The notes under the pieces were generated by a model. The model made no database searches, was not told where the DNA came from, and saw only the letters and a list, made by a program, of their open reading frames with translations. A DNA stretch of 63,424 nt, the filler included, from Kipferlia bialata (taxonomy: Eukaryota), in the NCBI GenBank assembly GCA_003568945.1. It is 4 parts of 4 records of this genome, joined end to end, with 100 filler letters (N's around TTAATTAATTAA, not from the genome) between each part and the next. Parts side by side here need not be neighbours in the genome. Positions count along the whole stretch, not along the records: positions 1 to 15,787 come from BDIP01000667.1; 3 more parts are not named here. One strand, written 5' to 3'. Positions 1-13,122 of this stretch are shown piece after piece (positions within the stretch are counted from its first letter, which is position 1; every line of letters begins with the position of its first letter). The position numbers and the translations under genes were made by a program.

Positions 1-37
1 TATACACTAGTATGCCTTGGTATATATGAATGCATAG

Positions 38-1741
38 GTTCATCAGAAAGGCATTTATGACTGAGCCCAGCGAGGTATGACCTATTGTATTCGTATATAT
101 TCTACTGTACGTATGGAATGGTCTCTTTACTGTTATTACCGCAACATACAGTGCACCCTTGTCTCACCCCCAGCCCTCCTTCAACCAGCAGAGCTTCGAC
201 CTGGCACTCGGCAAGAAGGTGGGGGCATGTGTATACACCTGTTGATATATGGCGTCATTCTGCCTGGAAGGATGCTTGTCACTATTTGTGCACACCCTCA
301 CCCTTAGGACTATGTCTCTGTCAATGTATTCTTTTGAGCATACTATACTGTATACTTTCCTTACCATATTGCCTTGACTAGAGGCCTGTCTATCTCCTCA
401 CCCCCAGGACTATGGCTCTGTCAGTGTATTAATTTGAACATATAATGAAATATACTTGCCAAATATACTTTCATCACCATATTGTTGACTAGAGGCCTGT
501 ATACCTCCTCACCCGTAGGACTATGGCTCTGTCAATGTATTAATTTGAACATATAATGAAATATACTTGCCTCACCGTATTGCGTTGACTTGAGGCTTGT
601 ATCCCTCCTCACCCAGGACTATGGCTCTGTCAATGTCTCGTGTCATGTACCTGTGCCACTCACTAATGGGTCCAACCCGGCAGTGGATGTGAGGTATACA
701 TTCTTATACAGACACACGTGTATATAGGTTTGCATAAGTATATATACCGATAGTGGACGTGGGGCGGATGTGTATGTATTTATGTGATGTTTCATGTGTG
801 TTTCTCTTTCTCCTCTCTCCCTCTCCCTGACCCCTAGGATTGACAACACCCAGTCCTATGTGCCCATTACAGGGGCCAAGGTCCAGATATTCAGACACAC
901 GGTGCTCAAGAGCGAGGGGCTGCAGGTTGGTAGTTAGTGGCCACTCTCAGTTGGGATATTCATCTAATAGTGTGTACAGTGATACATATGCTATACACCT
1001 CTACCCCCCAGGTGATGTGGTCCAGGATGCTGGGCAGTGTCAACATGCACAGGGGGTCCATAGCTAGTGGAGAGACACACGAGGGTATGTAAGAGAGCTT
1101 GTCAGTATACTGATACAGCTAGCTGTGCTTTCTCTCTCTCTACTCCCCCTCTCTGCCTCACCCCCCAGAGCGTGTGTACATCCCTGTCAAGAGGCAGTCC
1201 CAGCTCAAGCCCACGTGCAACACCAGCTACATACACAACACATACCAGGTATGGACAGGAATAACACTATATATGCTCTCTCTCTCTCTCTCTCTGTGTA
1301 TGTCTCCATCGTGTCTCTCTCTCCCTCCCCCCTCACCCCCAGATTGTGGTCACCTCCACCTCCAAGGGCATAGACCCAGTCACACTCCAGTGCCCAGCTA
1401 CCGTGGAGGTATGGTATATATATATATATGAGGTTTGGGGTGCATAGTTTGGGTATTGTATTGTATGTTGTATATTGTATTTATGTATTGTCATTGTGCC
1501 CAGCCACCAACGGGGGTACAAGCATGTGCTCTTATATATATATATACTTATATATTATATATCTCCCTCTATCCCACACCCACCCCAGGCCGAGATCCCC
1601 GACATGGTGCAGTATATATATATATTTATATTTATATATATGTATATACTGTATATAGATAGAGGATGTCCCACCCCAGGCCGAGATCCCCGACATGGTG
1701 CAGTACAGACCCAACGTCAAGATAGACAGTGAGGTAGGGTC

Positions 1742-1776
<35 letters not shown>

Positions 1777-3004
1777 CCCCAGGACAAGTTCCCTTTCGTA
1801 GACTACAGAGGCACCGTCAAGATCGACGGTACGGAGCCGTTTACCTCTCAGTCTGCCTCTCCCTCTCTTGCTGACTACGGTATCCTCGCACACCCTCTAT
1901 CCTCACTGTCAGATGTCCCCATCGCCTTCCCCACCGCTGCCAAGTCCACCAGCCTCTCCCCCATACTCACCTTTGAGGCAAAGAAGCTAGGTACATTGGA
2001 TAATATACATACCAGGTACATTGTATAATAGAGTGTCGTTGTTTGTATCATGCTCTGGTGGTGTATTCCAGATTCCTCCCTTCCTCCTTCTGCAATACAT
2101 CTCTCATCAGGTCTCTCTCCCTCACCTGATATATATATGGGTGTTGTATTCTTCTTTGTGTGTGTAGTCTCACCCCCCAGGTGGCAAGGCCCCCTTTAGA
2201 CGGTGGCAGACCAGGGTGTTTGGCCTGTTCCAGTGGAGCATCAGGTATATATATATATATCTCTCTCTCACTGTATCTAATTGACTATAGTATACTCACC
2301 TCAAGTGTATATTTCTAACTTTTTATGTATATATATGTTCATGTGTCTCATCCCAGGTGGTACCTGAGTGAGAAGGACCTTGCTGCCTCACTCTATTATC
2401 CCTCTCTACCCGTCTCTATAATTGTCTAGTATATTCATACATGTGTATTCATATATACTATCTAATGCCAGGTGGTACCTGAGTGAGAAGGACCTAGCTG
2501 CCAACAAGCAGCAGTACATGGTGCTACTAGACCAGATCAGGGACATCAAGGTATGCAGATACAGACCTATATACTTATGTACCTATGTAGAGAGAGAGAG
2601 AGAGAAACTTCAACTGATAAATGACGCAGAGTGGAGTACTCCGCGTCGTCTATTGCTCCTACTACATCTCTCTCTTCAGTCTACCCCTCACCCCCAGCCC
2701 TGTAGTGTCGAGTGCAAGGCAGCCCCATTCGGCCTCGTCATCGCGTACGTCCTCTCTTCTCTCTCTCTCTCTAGCCACCGTAGTATTACATTCTCAATAT
2801 TTTTCTTAATATGACACTATGTGAAGGTATCGGTCGTTATCTTCCTCTGTATATAGCCATGTATACATTCATATGGGTGTGAACATGTATATACCCCCCT
2901 CATTCCCAGCACGGACCGGTCCACTGTGGAGGGAGGCTCAGAGAAGACATACTCAATTGGGTTTGGCAACAGAGAGCTCAGGTGAGGCCTCTTCACCCCA
3001 TGTC

Positions 3005-3056
<52 letters not shown>

Positions 3057-3453
3057 GCCTCACCCCAGAGATGACTGTCTGCAGGCTGTCAAGGAGGCCA
3101 TACTGGCGGCAAGGTATGTATGGATGTATACATACGTGTCCTCTAGTGACACTTTGGGCAAAGTGGACGTTGATTCCGGCTATATAAATATGCAACACAT
3201 ACAATACACTACGTATTGAATATAATCTCCCCCCTCACCCCTCTGACCCCCCAGGCTATGTGAGGACGGAGAGGAGGGCGACGAGGGCGACTCTACAGCC
3301 GACAAGCAGTACGTGTCATTGGGTATCTCTCTCTCTCTCTGCATGTCACTCTCTCTCTCTCTTGCACGGCTCCATATGTGTATTGTCTACGCCTAGTCCC
3401 TTACCTCTAGGGAGACAGTCAACGACATTATGGATGACAGCGAGACAGAGTAG
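38..3453 (+). CDS. Arrestin C-domain + PH-domain protein (multi-exon, 5' truncated at contig start)
   Basis: Manual splicing gives VDVRIDNTQSYVPITGAKVQIFRHTVLKS...IASGETHEERVYIPVKRQSQLKPTCNTSYIHNTYQIVV (arrestin-C pattern). It continues KKLGGKAPFRRWQTRVFGLFQWSIRWYLSEKD...LLDQIRDIK...RDDCLQAVKEAI (PH pattern), then an acidic tail with TAG at 3451-3453. Confidence 0.7.
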
Positions 3454-3910
3454 ACACACTCTTTATGTGACAAGAGAGTAGATACAGGCTCATTGTGACA
3501 AGAGAAAGAGTGGGAGAAGCGAGAGGAGGTTGTACCAGTTGGATTGAGCAATTTTGACGATGGTTTATGTCGTCTGCGAGGAATAACAGTGATTGTAAAG
3601 AGAGTGTACCCAATAGATTGAAATATGAGATGTGAGATGTTATGGTGTGATCTTTTATCCCGGATATTGGTTGTAATAGGTCACAATGGTACAAGACACT
3701 GAGGATATCTAGTAGACTTCCTCCAGTGGAGGATTAGTGGAGGACCTCCACTAATCCTCTCATTGTACTGTACTGTTCCGAGAGAAACCTACAACCATCA
3801 CTCAATTACCATCGAAACCCTCATCCTTTTGCTGAGAAGAACCTGTGGATCGGCCAAGCATACTCTTTACACAACCTTTTTGGAGACACAGTGGCCTGTT
3901 TATACACCTG

Positions 3911-5482
3911 ATGTGCGACTATCCCAGAATCTGGCCTTACAGGGTAGAGAGACTGACTCCTGATACGGACGACGCTCCGTTCCATCTGAGGGATGTGCAG
4001 GTGGAATTGATCACTGAGAGAGAGCAGTACACACGCCCAGGGTACTCTGGACCATATGTTGGCCACCTATACACACTGGGTGGGCACACTTACCTCGACA
4101 AGACTGGCAACATATATGATATGGATGTGCAGGATGGAGATACCTATTGGGAGCGGAAGGTCACTCTTACCCAGACTGGTGATGTTGGTCTTGGTAAACA
4201 CCGCCGCATATCTGGGGCCTGTGTGATAGGCGGGTTGGTGTACTACTGGGTCAGCCCATGGGGCAAGAAGCCTGCCGGACAGACAGTAGAGACTGGACTC
4301 TACAGTTGCCAACTTGACACAGGTATCGCCACTGGGACTCAGTCTATGACTGGCATATACATGTTTGGTCTGATATATATATATATACATATCGTGAATG
4401 GGTATGTGACACCAGAGTATGTGGGTAGCAAGGTGCTACTGTGTCAGGACTCGACTGGTCCTTACCCCGCAGCTGCACTGCAAGTAGAGGTATCTGACCC
4501 AAGCATCATATCATTGTTAGTCATCTCTTACAGTAAGAATTTCTCTTACTCTTGGCATGTGTCGACCTATCATTAATCAGTCTTGGCATTTCCAATGGTA
4601 TTTCAGTTGGTTGTACATAGTACCGTGGAAAGTATACATATTATCTCATTGTCAGTGCATGTGTGCGCTAGGGGAGTGTGTACTAGTCACAGGTGTTGAC
4701 ACCACACTTTGGGGCAAGATCGATAGATACCCCATAGACACTTGGGTATATGATACCCAAGGATCCACTTGGTGTGAGAGACAGTCGCATATGCCAAATA
4801 GTACGTCAAGTCTGAAGATGCCACAGATGAAATCGAGGCACATGCTTATCTGATGCTATCTGTCTCTACTCTTGTTCTCAGGTCGGAGAATCGGCCTTTA
4901 ATACATGTTGCATAGACGTTCAGTACTTCGATACAGTGGACAATCTGTATATGTTAGGTACACTGATTCACCCCAGAGGACTTCTTGGCCTACCGTCCCA
5001 GACAGCTGTACCCGATCAGGGCCAGGCCTGTGTGTGTCACACAGACAGCCACAAATGACACCCTCCAACTGCTAGAGCTTGACATGGATTCCAAGTGGGT
5101 AGAGGGAGACCACATTCGGCCACCCCTCGCTCCCGAGTTTGGCGCCTATCGCCGGACACCCACTCTATCCTGTGTCTTCCCACCATTTGGAGACTGCATT
5201 GTCTTTACACAAGCCACAAGGGAGGTGTATGACAAAAGTGGGCTGTCACAGAGCCAAGTGCTGGCTCCCAACCATGAGATACTCTCTGTCCTGGATACTG
5301 TCAGTGCAGAGGTACACCACCTTCCACGGGCCCTGTCCTTCTACTGCAACGAGCCCGTCTACCTCAGCCCTGGGAAATACTTGGTGAGGATCAGACACCC
5401 AGACACTGATGGGATGTACGGTTACTACATATGCACGCTCAACCCCGACTTCAAGAGGCAGTGCAGGGGACTGTTTATGTGA
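3911..5482 (+). CDS. Kelch-like beta-propeller protein (multi-exon, start uncertain)
   Basis: Blade-like motifs LYTLGG, GACVIGGLVY and MCALGECVLVTG...DTWVYDTQGSTW occur across ORFs 3845-4576, 4557-4853 and 4985-5482, which are joined by GT-AG introns. Confidence 0.55.
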
Positions 5483-5916
5483 GGGGAGGTACTCTGACTC
5501 ATGGTCTCAATGATCTATATGCCCCATCTGCTTGGACCTAACCACGAAGACGAACTCGTTGTTTACCAATACATTAACACCATGTTGAATAGAGTCTATT
5601 CATTAGCCAATTATCTTTCATCTCCCTTATGTGATAGTATCACAGTGATACTCAAGCTGGTTAAGTCAAGCGTAGAGTAGATTGATATGGTACAGTCCCC
5701 CAGTGGACCTAGACTAGTATTCTCTGCCTCTTAAACAACTAAGTAACCTAAAATACAACTAGACTGGAATCTATGCATGCATTGTGAAGGGGAAGAGATA
5801 ATCCGCATGTACTCCTTGTCCTGTCATTGAACCAGTTCTCTCAATACATCAAACGGCCTCGTGGACCAGGGTACTCATTGGCGCTGTCACTTTTCTAGTC
5901 AAAGTCTATCAGAGCT

Positions 5917-8900
5917 CTAGTCCTCCTCAAAGTCGTCCATGAGCAGAGCCACAGGTATAGGAATGCCAGGCATCAGGATGACTGCACACCGTGCCCCACT
6001 GCCATTCAGCAGTCTGACCAGGGGGTCAGTGTAATAGTACTCGGCAGTGTCTGCAAGCAGAGCGTAGAAGGTGGGCCTGCTGGACTCCATGCTATACTCC
6101 TCGTCCCTCACCACTTGGCAGTCTACGAGTATGTTATGACTATCCACCTCGGTATTTGCGTAGCAACACACCCCACAACCCTGGTAGCTGGACTTCCGCC
6201 GCCTGTAGAGAACAGTCTCTAGTAGCCACTCCCCGTACCTCCCCTCATGCACCAGGTCCATGGCTCGCAGGCCATCAGGCGTCCACTCCCAGGACATCGG
6301 GTGGTGGTAGAACTTACTCGACAAGTTGGAACTGAGGGCCCCCTGGATTGTGGTGGTGTTTACCACAGCCAGACTCTCGCATATGCACTTCTGATCGTCC
6401 ATCCCAAGCGCATATATGCGCAGTCCTAGTGAGAGGGGTGAGACGGCTGCCCTCACAATCCCAAGGTGGGATACATCACTATCAGACAGTGACCTCAGTA
6501 TAGAGGGGATGGCATCAAAGGAGAGAGTACCATACGGGTCCACAGTACTGAGAAAGACCTCGCCTGATGTTCTGTACGGCACAGCGTGGGGAACGGCCAT
6601 TGCAAATCCGTGATAGACAGAGTGACCACGGTACGACATCAGGGCGGAAACGCGCCAGCTCAGGGCAAAGACCTTGAACAGCCACCATGGACGAATATGG
6701 TGGGAATCGCACTCGGCGAGTCTGTATTGGAGGATGCGGACAATATCTAGGGCCATTCCGGCTCCTGCAACGCTAGTCTGGATCAACATATTCAAATGGG
6801 TCTCCATGTGCCCCTTGAGCTCGTACAGACTACCTATAGTCTCGTTATAAGTGTCTGACTCCTCCAAAGTGTGAAGGATTAGCTTTAGGCATTGGTAACT
6901 GTACGACTTGTCTACACCACACAGTGAAGCCTGCATTCTGGGAAGGCACTGCAGTTTCGCCGTCACAAACTCCAGTTGCGTCACCCAGTCCTGGGGCGAT
7001 GGGTATTCATCAGAATCCTGACCTCTGACTGAGATCTCCAGGTGTTTCACACTCTGCATGAGTGGTGTGGACATAACAGGCATCTTGTTGATGGCGTGGA
7101 GCATAGAGAGCGCCAGTTGGTTTCCGTCAATGTCGGGTATACTGAGTATATCCGTGACAATCGAGGGTGGGATTGATCCGGTACTGATAGAGCACCACAG
7201 GCCAGGTTGGGAAAACACAGCCTCCAGCGTTTGAGTATACGTTAGGAGAGGGTCTCCATTGACATAATGAGCAACTGGTTCATATGCACAAGAGTACTCG
7301 GGCATCGCACACTGTTGTATCGCCTGGAGGACCAGGGCTGCATAGGAGTAGTCCTTGATCACGAGGGTATTGCACACAAATCCAGCAGGGTCCAGACGAA
7401 GGAGACTTGTGTCAACATCCCCAGTCCAGAGAGGTAACTCTCTCAGAAGCTCAGTACACTCAGATGGAGTGAGGACACCCCGTGGACCCAGGAGTATGCG
7501 ACACCATGCAGCCTGTGCAAGGGGAACTAGGCTCTCCCTCACCTCTTGGTTCCACCTCACCATAGCCAGGGCTGACTCAAGGGTGGCGACGTCCTCTCCG
7601 GGGCTGGCCATGCTGACACGGATAGCATCTGATAGGGGGCAGGGGTCCAGTGGCACACGCATACTCTGATTCAATGCGTCCACGTCTCTATCTAGCAAGT
7701 GCTTGGTGGAACTTAAGATAACAGAGATGCTCCTTAGGGTCATGTCGTCGTCATCACGCTCCACTATTGGAATGCGTTTGCCGTATTGGCGCTGAACACG
7801 AAGGAAACTCAGCCCGTGAGGGATCTGTGAGACGGGGAGAGGCTGAGAGTGACAAAGCAGAACTACACACTTCTGGGGGCCATACAGCTTGCTCTCTTTC
7901 CATATCTTGTGCATGGACTCCTGGATAGCGTGTCTGTCTTCCTCTGTCATTGTCTTAATGTACATGCCGTCTGTGATAACTCCCACAAGATAGGAATCGG
8001 TCATGAGACTGCCCACAAGTCTCTCTAGTTTCATATCACCCAAAGTGCACTCGATCCTTCTGCCTGACTTCTCAGCGGCCTTGAAACGCTTAATGCTTCC
8101 AATGAACCCCGACAGCATGCCAGTGTCCCTAGTACCGTCTCTCAAGCACTCTACAAGCCTGTAGGAATCTGAATAGTTCATACCGAATCCGTGAGGTGGC
8201 CTCTGGATCTGAATACGATGGTCAGCGAATGCACGCTCGATCAGAACCTCCCGAGTACTTGAAGGGTCGATTTGGGATGAGAAGACAGGGCAATGGGATG
8301 GAAGGGACTTCAGTTGCTGCAACGAAGGCCTCTGTCTTAGAACCACCTCTGAGTGGACGTCACTCATTAGCATGGGTCCCCCAAACCCATAGGTGAGTAC
8401 CACACACTCACCGAAGAGGGTGTAGCACCGGGAGAGCACTGCTCTTAGTTCATCGCTGCTGGAGTAGCCAACGACCTGAGTCACACTGCGTGGAGCAGCA
8501 GGCCGAAGTACCTCCCCTTCCTTCAAGAAGTGCAGAGGCAGAAAGGGGTTAGAGTCCCCGACATCACGAGATACAACACTGTCATCATAGATGATAGCGG
8601 CCAGGTCATACTGTCTCGATCCAAATCTTTCTCTCCGGGCTACAAGAGAGACACCGAGGCTATGAAGACATTCCGCCTGGGGTCCAACGACAACCACGTG
8701 CCTCTTGGCTGGCTGCCACTCTCGGTCTATCCATGTGTGACCCATCCCTTCCACAGCGGTTACACACTGCTCCTGACTGAGGGGTTCTAGCTCAGCAGGC
8801 ATGTCGGCCATTCCCTTATCCTCTACATTGAGGGTGTAGAACCGCTCCCCCTCCATATCAGCCAAGGTCTGTGGTTGTGTAATGTCCCTCAGTCTCTGCC

Positions 8901-9794
8901 ACGTGCACTGTGTATTCCCAAGTACCAGAGGTGTCATGTGGGAGGGGAGCAGATAGTACGAGCCTTGGAGACGAGTCACTCCGATGACTGGCCGGAACAG
9001 ATCTCCAACCCTATGGAACACACACACTATACGGGAGGAATAGAGCTTTGTCTGCACACAGTCTAAGAGTGACTGACTGGTGCCAGTGTGTGACCCACAG
9101 GAGACTGGAAACCGGAGAGATAGCTCCATGATCGCTTCTGGTATCTGCCCCTCACTGATGTCTAGAGAGGCAGAGGAAGGCAAAACGATGAGGTACTGGG
9201 TATCGCAGCCAAGTGGTGGCAGGGTGGAGTGGAGGCTGTTCCATGCAGCGAATATCATGTCTACTGTTGAATGAGTGCCTATGTCTACACTCAGAAGTTC
9301 AGTGCCGGGGAGTAGCTGTTGAGAGAGGCTCTCCACTGAGATACTGTGCCTATCTCGGAGCCACTGGGCCTGGCGTCAAAGACTGGGTCTGGGTGCGTGA
9401 TATATGGGCTACAATACAGTGGCGTCATTAGTAATGACTCATTACTGTATTTCTATATATTTGAGTACAATAGTTACTCTAACTAGCAAAGTATACTGAA
9501 CTCATACAGTACTCCTCTTCGAGTCCACACACCTGACAGTCCCTCGCTGTAGCATCTGCCCTCTCCGTGTCTAGACTGCCTTTCTAAACGGTTAGAAGTA
9601 GGGTATATACACGCAATAATGAACAGATATGTAGCTAAATGACTTCACGCCTGACAACACCCTTGACACAATTCCATATTGAGTGACCTATACTTGCTTG
9701 GGGGTGATGATGTGTAAAGAGATATCGATATACAATATAGTATCATTCATATTGCAACCATGCTCTCTGCAGACATCTTCGACTCCTTTGACAT
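5917..9794 (-). CDS. Large hypothetical protein (>1139 aa) with one 3.4-kb exon; possible degenerate P-loop NTPase fold
   Basis: Uninterrupted ORF 5917-9336 begins at an acceptor (tatctcag|). Small upstream exons probably start from the ATG at 9794 (MSKESKMSAESM|gt). Confidence 0.65.
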
Positions 9795-9826
9795 AGATAA
9801 CAAGAGACAGTCTCGGATTGGGTGGA

Positions 9827-10168
9827 CTATACCTGCTTGGGAGGGCATGTGAACACCAAAACACGCTGGGGGTGACTGCCCTTGAAGAGACTTTGTATCT
9901 GTACTGACAAGTCCTGGACCCGGGTATTCATATGGATGTCTACCTCGTAGTCTGGGCAGGAGGGTTGACCTTCTTCATCACACTCCATCACCTCTGGAAG
10001 CGTGAAGCCACTGTAGACATCACAGACACCTCTAGGGTCCAGGGGGTCCCTTAACAACAGTACTTCCTTGATAACTTCACGCATAGGGACATTATGAGAC
10101 CATGTGTAAGTAGCTGCAGGGCTAAAGGGGCCATCCACCGACTCTCTGGTGTGGTATCTGAAGTCCAT
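9827..10168 (-). CDS. Small intronless hypothetical protein (113 aa)
   Basis: ATG at 10168 (MDFRYH...) with non-low-complexity, coding-like composition through to the stop at 9827. Confidence 0.5.
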   Translation of the reverse strand: MDFRYHTRESVDGPFSPAATYTWSHNVPMREVIKEVLLLRDPLDPRGVCDVYSGFTLPEVMECDEEGQPSCPDYEVDIHMNTRVQDLSVQIQSLFKGSHPQRVLVFTCPPKQV

Positions 10169-13122
10169 AGATAGAGTCTGGGTGAGTGGGACGTCTAACA
10201 CAGTCAATCTTATGTATGTGTATCTATGTATGTATATGGGTCCGGCTGGATAGGTGAGGAGGGACGGGTATAGTGTATGAACAGTGTGTGTGACAATAAG
10301 TGTGTCATTGACACACTGTGTCAAGATTCATATCACATGTATATATCATATCTGAGGGGTCAGTGAATGAGTGTGCCAGGTATAGTGGAGGATGGGTGCA
10401 AGGAGGGGGAAAAGGGGGGGGGGGACCCGAAAGTAGCAGCCTGTGTGTTGATCACTGTTGCAACAAAAGAGACACAATGCGGAAGCAGGAGATGAATAAC
10501 CATATACAGATGTGCTGTCCTACTACTATATCACAAAGAACTACAGATATGTCCACAGAGTCATTCTCTCATCCCTTACACTCACCTATCAGAAGACACT
10601 CACTCAAGCACTATACTGAATAGTACAGTGAGTGACTCAAGTGTGGACTAGGGTCCAATACTAGGGCCTAGAGACAGGAAAGCAACAAGATACGTTTTCC
10701 GGTTTCTTTCCGACTCTCTTAGTTGTCGGATATTTTGGAAAGGGTGTAGAGTCTCTGATTTCGCAAAAACAGGTACAATTCATCAGTTTAGAGTCCACTA
10801 AGTGGTGACAGCGGTCTGACTGAGTCTAGTAAACACAACACAGACTGTGTATGGAACGCTCCACCTATTCTGCGATGGGGATCGCCGCCGTAACCTTCCA
10901 CCCGTTGAAGATATCAGGTGCCAGTTGAATCAACAGTGTTGATGCCATCACAGAGCCAGTTGGGTCTCGTAGTGAAACTGCCTCTCCATCAGAAGTTCTA
11001 TGGCACAACGCAGGGACACATCGCCGCCTGAATACATCAGTGGAATTCCATATCGGCTGCTACAGCAGAGATTTGAGACATACGGGGAGCTCTTGGCTGC
11101 TGTGAACAAAGCGTCAGACACACAGTGGACCAAGACAGGTACTGGGGGGTGAGCTTAGCATACTATACTATGTATGAGGAACAGAATACATGTGGTCTGT
11201 GTCGCTAAATGGTACATAGCATGGTCATATATTGCCCCTAGAGTGAATGACTGTCTATGACCGTTCTGACCTTCAGCTGGTGCCAACAGCATCGAGTGTA
11301 CCTTCTGCAGACAGTGTGTGGTCAATGTCTCCACTCCCAAGATTGGGTACAAACTCATCAAGCCGATGCGCAACTGGAAGAGAGTGCACGCTGGGTGGTG
11401 TGGCACACAGGTCAGTGTCTCTCTCTCTCTCATATACCTGTGTTTATCACTAGCAGGGTAACCCCACCTACTTCTTTTCGCTTGGCTAAGCCCAGGTCCC
11501 AGTGTCTCTCTCACCCAATGTGATACCTATTCCAGGACACGTGCTAAGTACTTACACCCCTATGGTGTGGCTAGGGAACGATCAGGTTCTTTGGGCATCA
11601 AACAGAGAGATCAGAAGTGCGGTAGCGAGGTATTCTTCAACTGTATCGACAACTATTCATATTTTAACACCACTGCTCAAAGACTGGACAGTATGGAAGC
11701 CAATTTCTTGAGTTTCAAGAAGGGGATCCACTTCTCTCAAACTCATGCCTCCAATACAACTAGGCTACAATTGTCCTAACTGTTAGGTTCACACGAGGCA
11801 CACATGGTGATGTTGTTGGACTTGAGGTCGAGTTGGTGTCTTGTGGTCAGGTAGTCGACTGCATAGCACGTGGCCGGTCCCTACATGGATTGCTAAAGAA
11901 GTGTTGCTCTGGCGTCCTCGTTCAGGGCTCAGTCGTGTTTCTGTGTCCAAGTGACAGTGGAGTTGGGCAACCTTAGGTTGCTTGTCTAAGGCTTGACACA
12001 TACACTTGGACCTTTGCGATACTGCCAAGAGGACTGCGAATTCCATCCCCTGGATTCTGCTGTGCTTCATCCTTCGCCTTCGAGGGGAGGTACTTTGCTG
12101 TGAGTACGTTACGTACTACGTACTGTGGGTTCGTGTTGGTCTTTGATCCAGTGACTGACACATGGACATATGAGAATGGCTAGTGCACTCCGGTGCCCTT
12201 CGAGGTCAAGAGGGGGGAGCGGGAGAGTCTCAGGAGCGGCACTAAGGCTGTGGTCCACGGAGGAGCAGCCCATATCTACAGCTGTAACTTGGACCACCGG
12301 TACACCGCAGCTGGAGGGTGGAGTGTTAGTTAATGTAACACCAAGCTGCAGTGCATCTCTCACTTAGAGCCTGAGCGTGACGATTGTATGTCTGGCAAAT
12401 ACAAGTAGCCCATGGACCATGGGCCCCATGGTTTCCCAGTTATACCAGTTATACAGTGACTTAATATGTTGTGCTACATGACATGCCATTGTCGTGTAGC
12501 TGTTATTGACTAGTAGGCAGATGAAGCTGATTCGACAGTCACAATCATTATCAGATAGAGGATAGTCAGAGGGGAAGTGGGGGATCCTATTCATTCACTC
12601 AGCTTGGACCCATCAGTAGTATTGATTGAAACCCACGAATGACACACACCAAGGATGTGTTGACACCACGGGATGTGGCCACCGATGAGACGCCTGGCAG
12701 TGTTGGAGAGAAGGGATTAGAGTATAAGAAGTGAGTTGTAATCATTCAGGAGAACAGCAAACGTACAGATATCCATGTTCTTTATGTACCCGTCTTTCTT
12801 AACACACCTAGCCCTAGCCATGCCGCCCAAACACAAGCGGTACTCGCCCCCTGAGGGCTATGAGGCCACCTCGCTGCCAGGTGAGTTAACAACAAAAGGT
12901 GGTCAAATTGTGGTTGAAGTGTTGTGGATAGAGTATATCATATACTGTATGTTTGAAAGTGGAGTCTCTTCCCCCCTCCCTCCTACGTGTGCTCTCTTAC
13001 CCCCCAGCATGTCTGTGTGGCAAGATCTGTGTCTCGCAGCAACACCTGACGGAGACAGCCAATGCTTGCTGCCTTACCAAGTTTCTATTCACAATGCTTG
13101 AAGACACTCTTTCTATACCCAC

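Noticed and set aside
296..640. Repeat-spacer appearance of echo stacks (also 29540-29890 and 31886-32247) resembling CRISPR arrays
   Set aside because: The repeats are exon or splice-junction sequence in a eukaryotic gene, the spacers are TA-rich intron, and no cas genes are visible.
10330..12800. Scattered coding-like fragments on both strands
   Set aside because: I could not build a consistent spliced model or recognise a domain.
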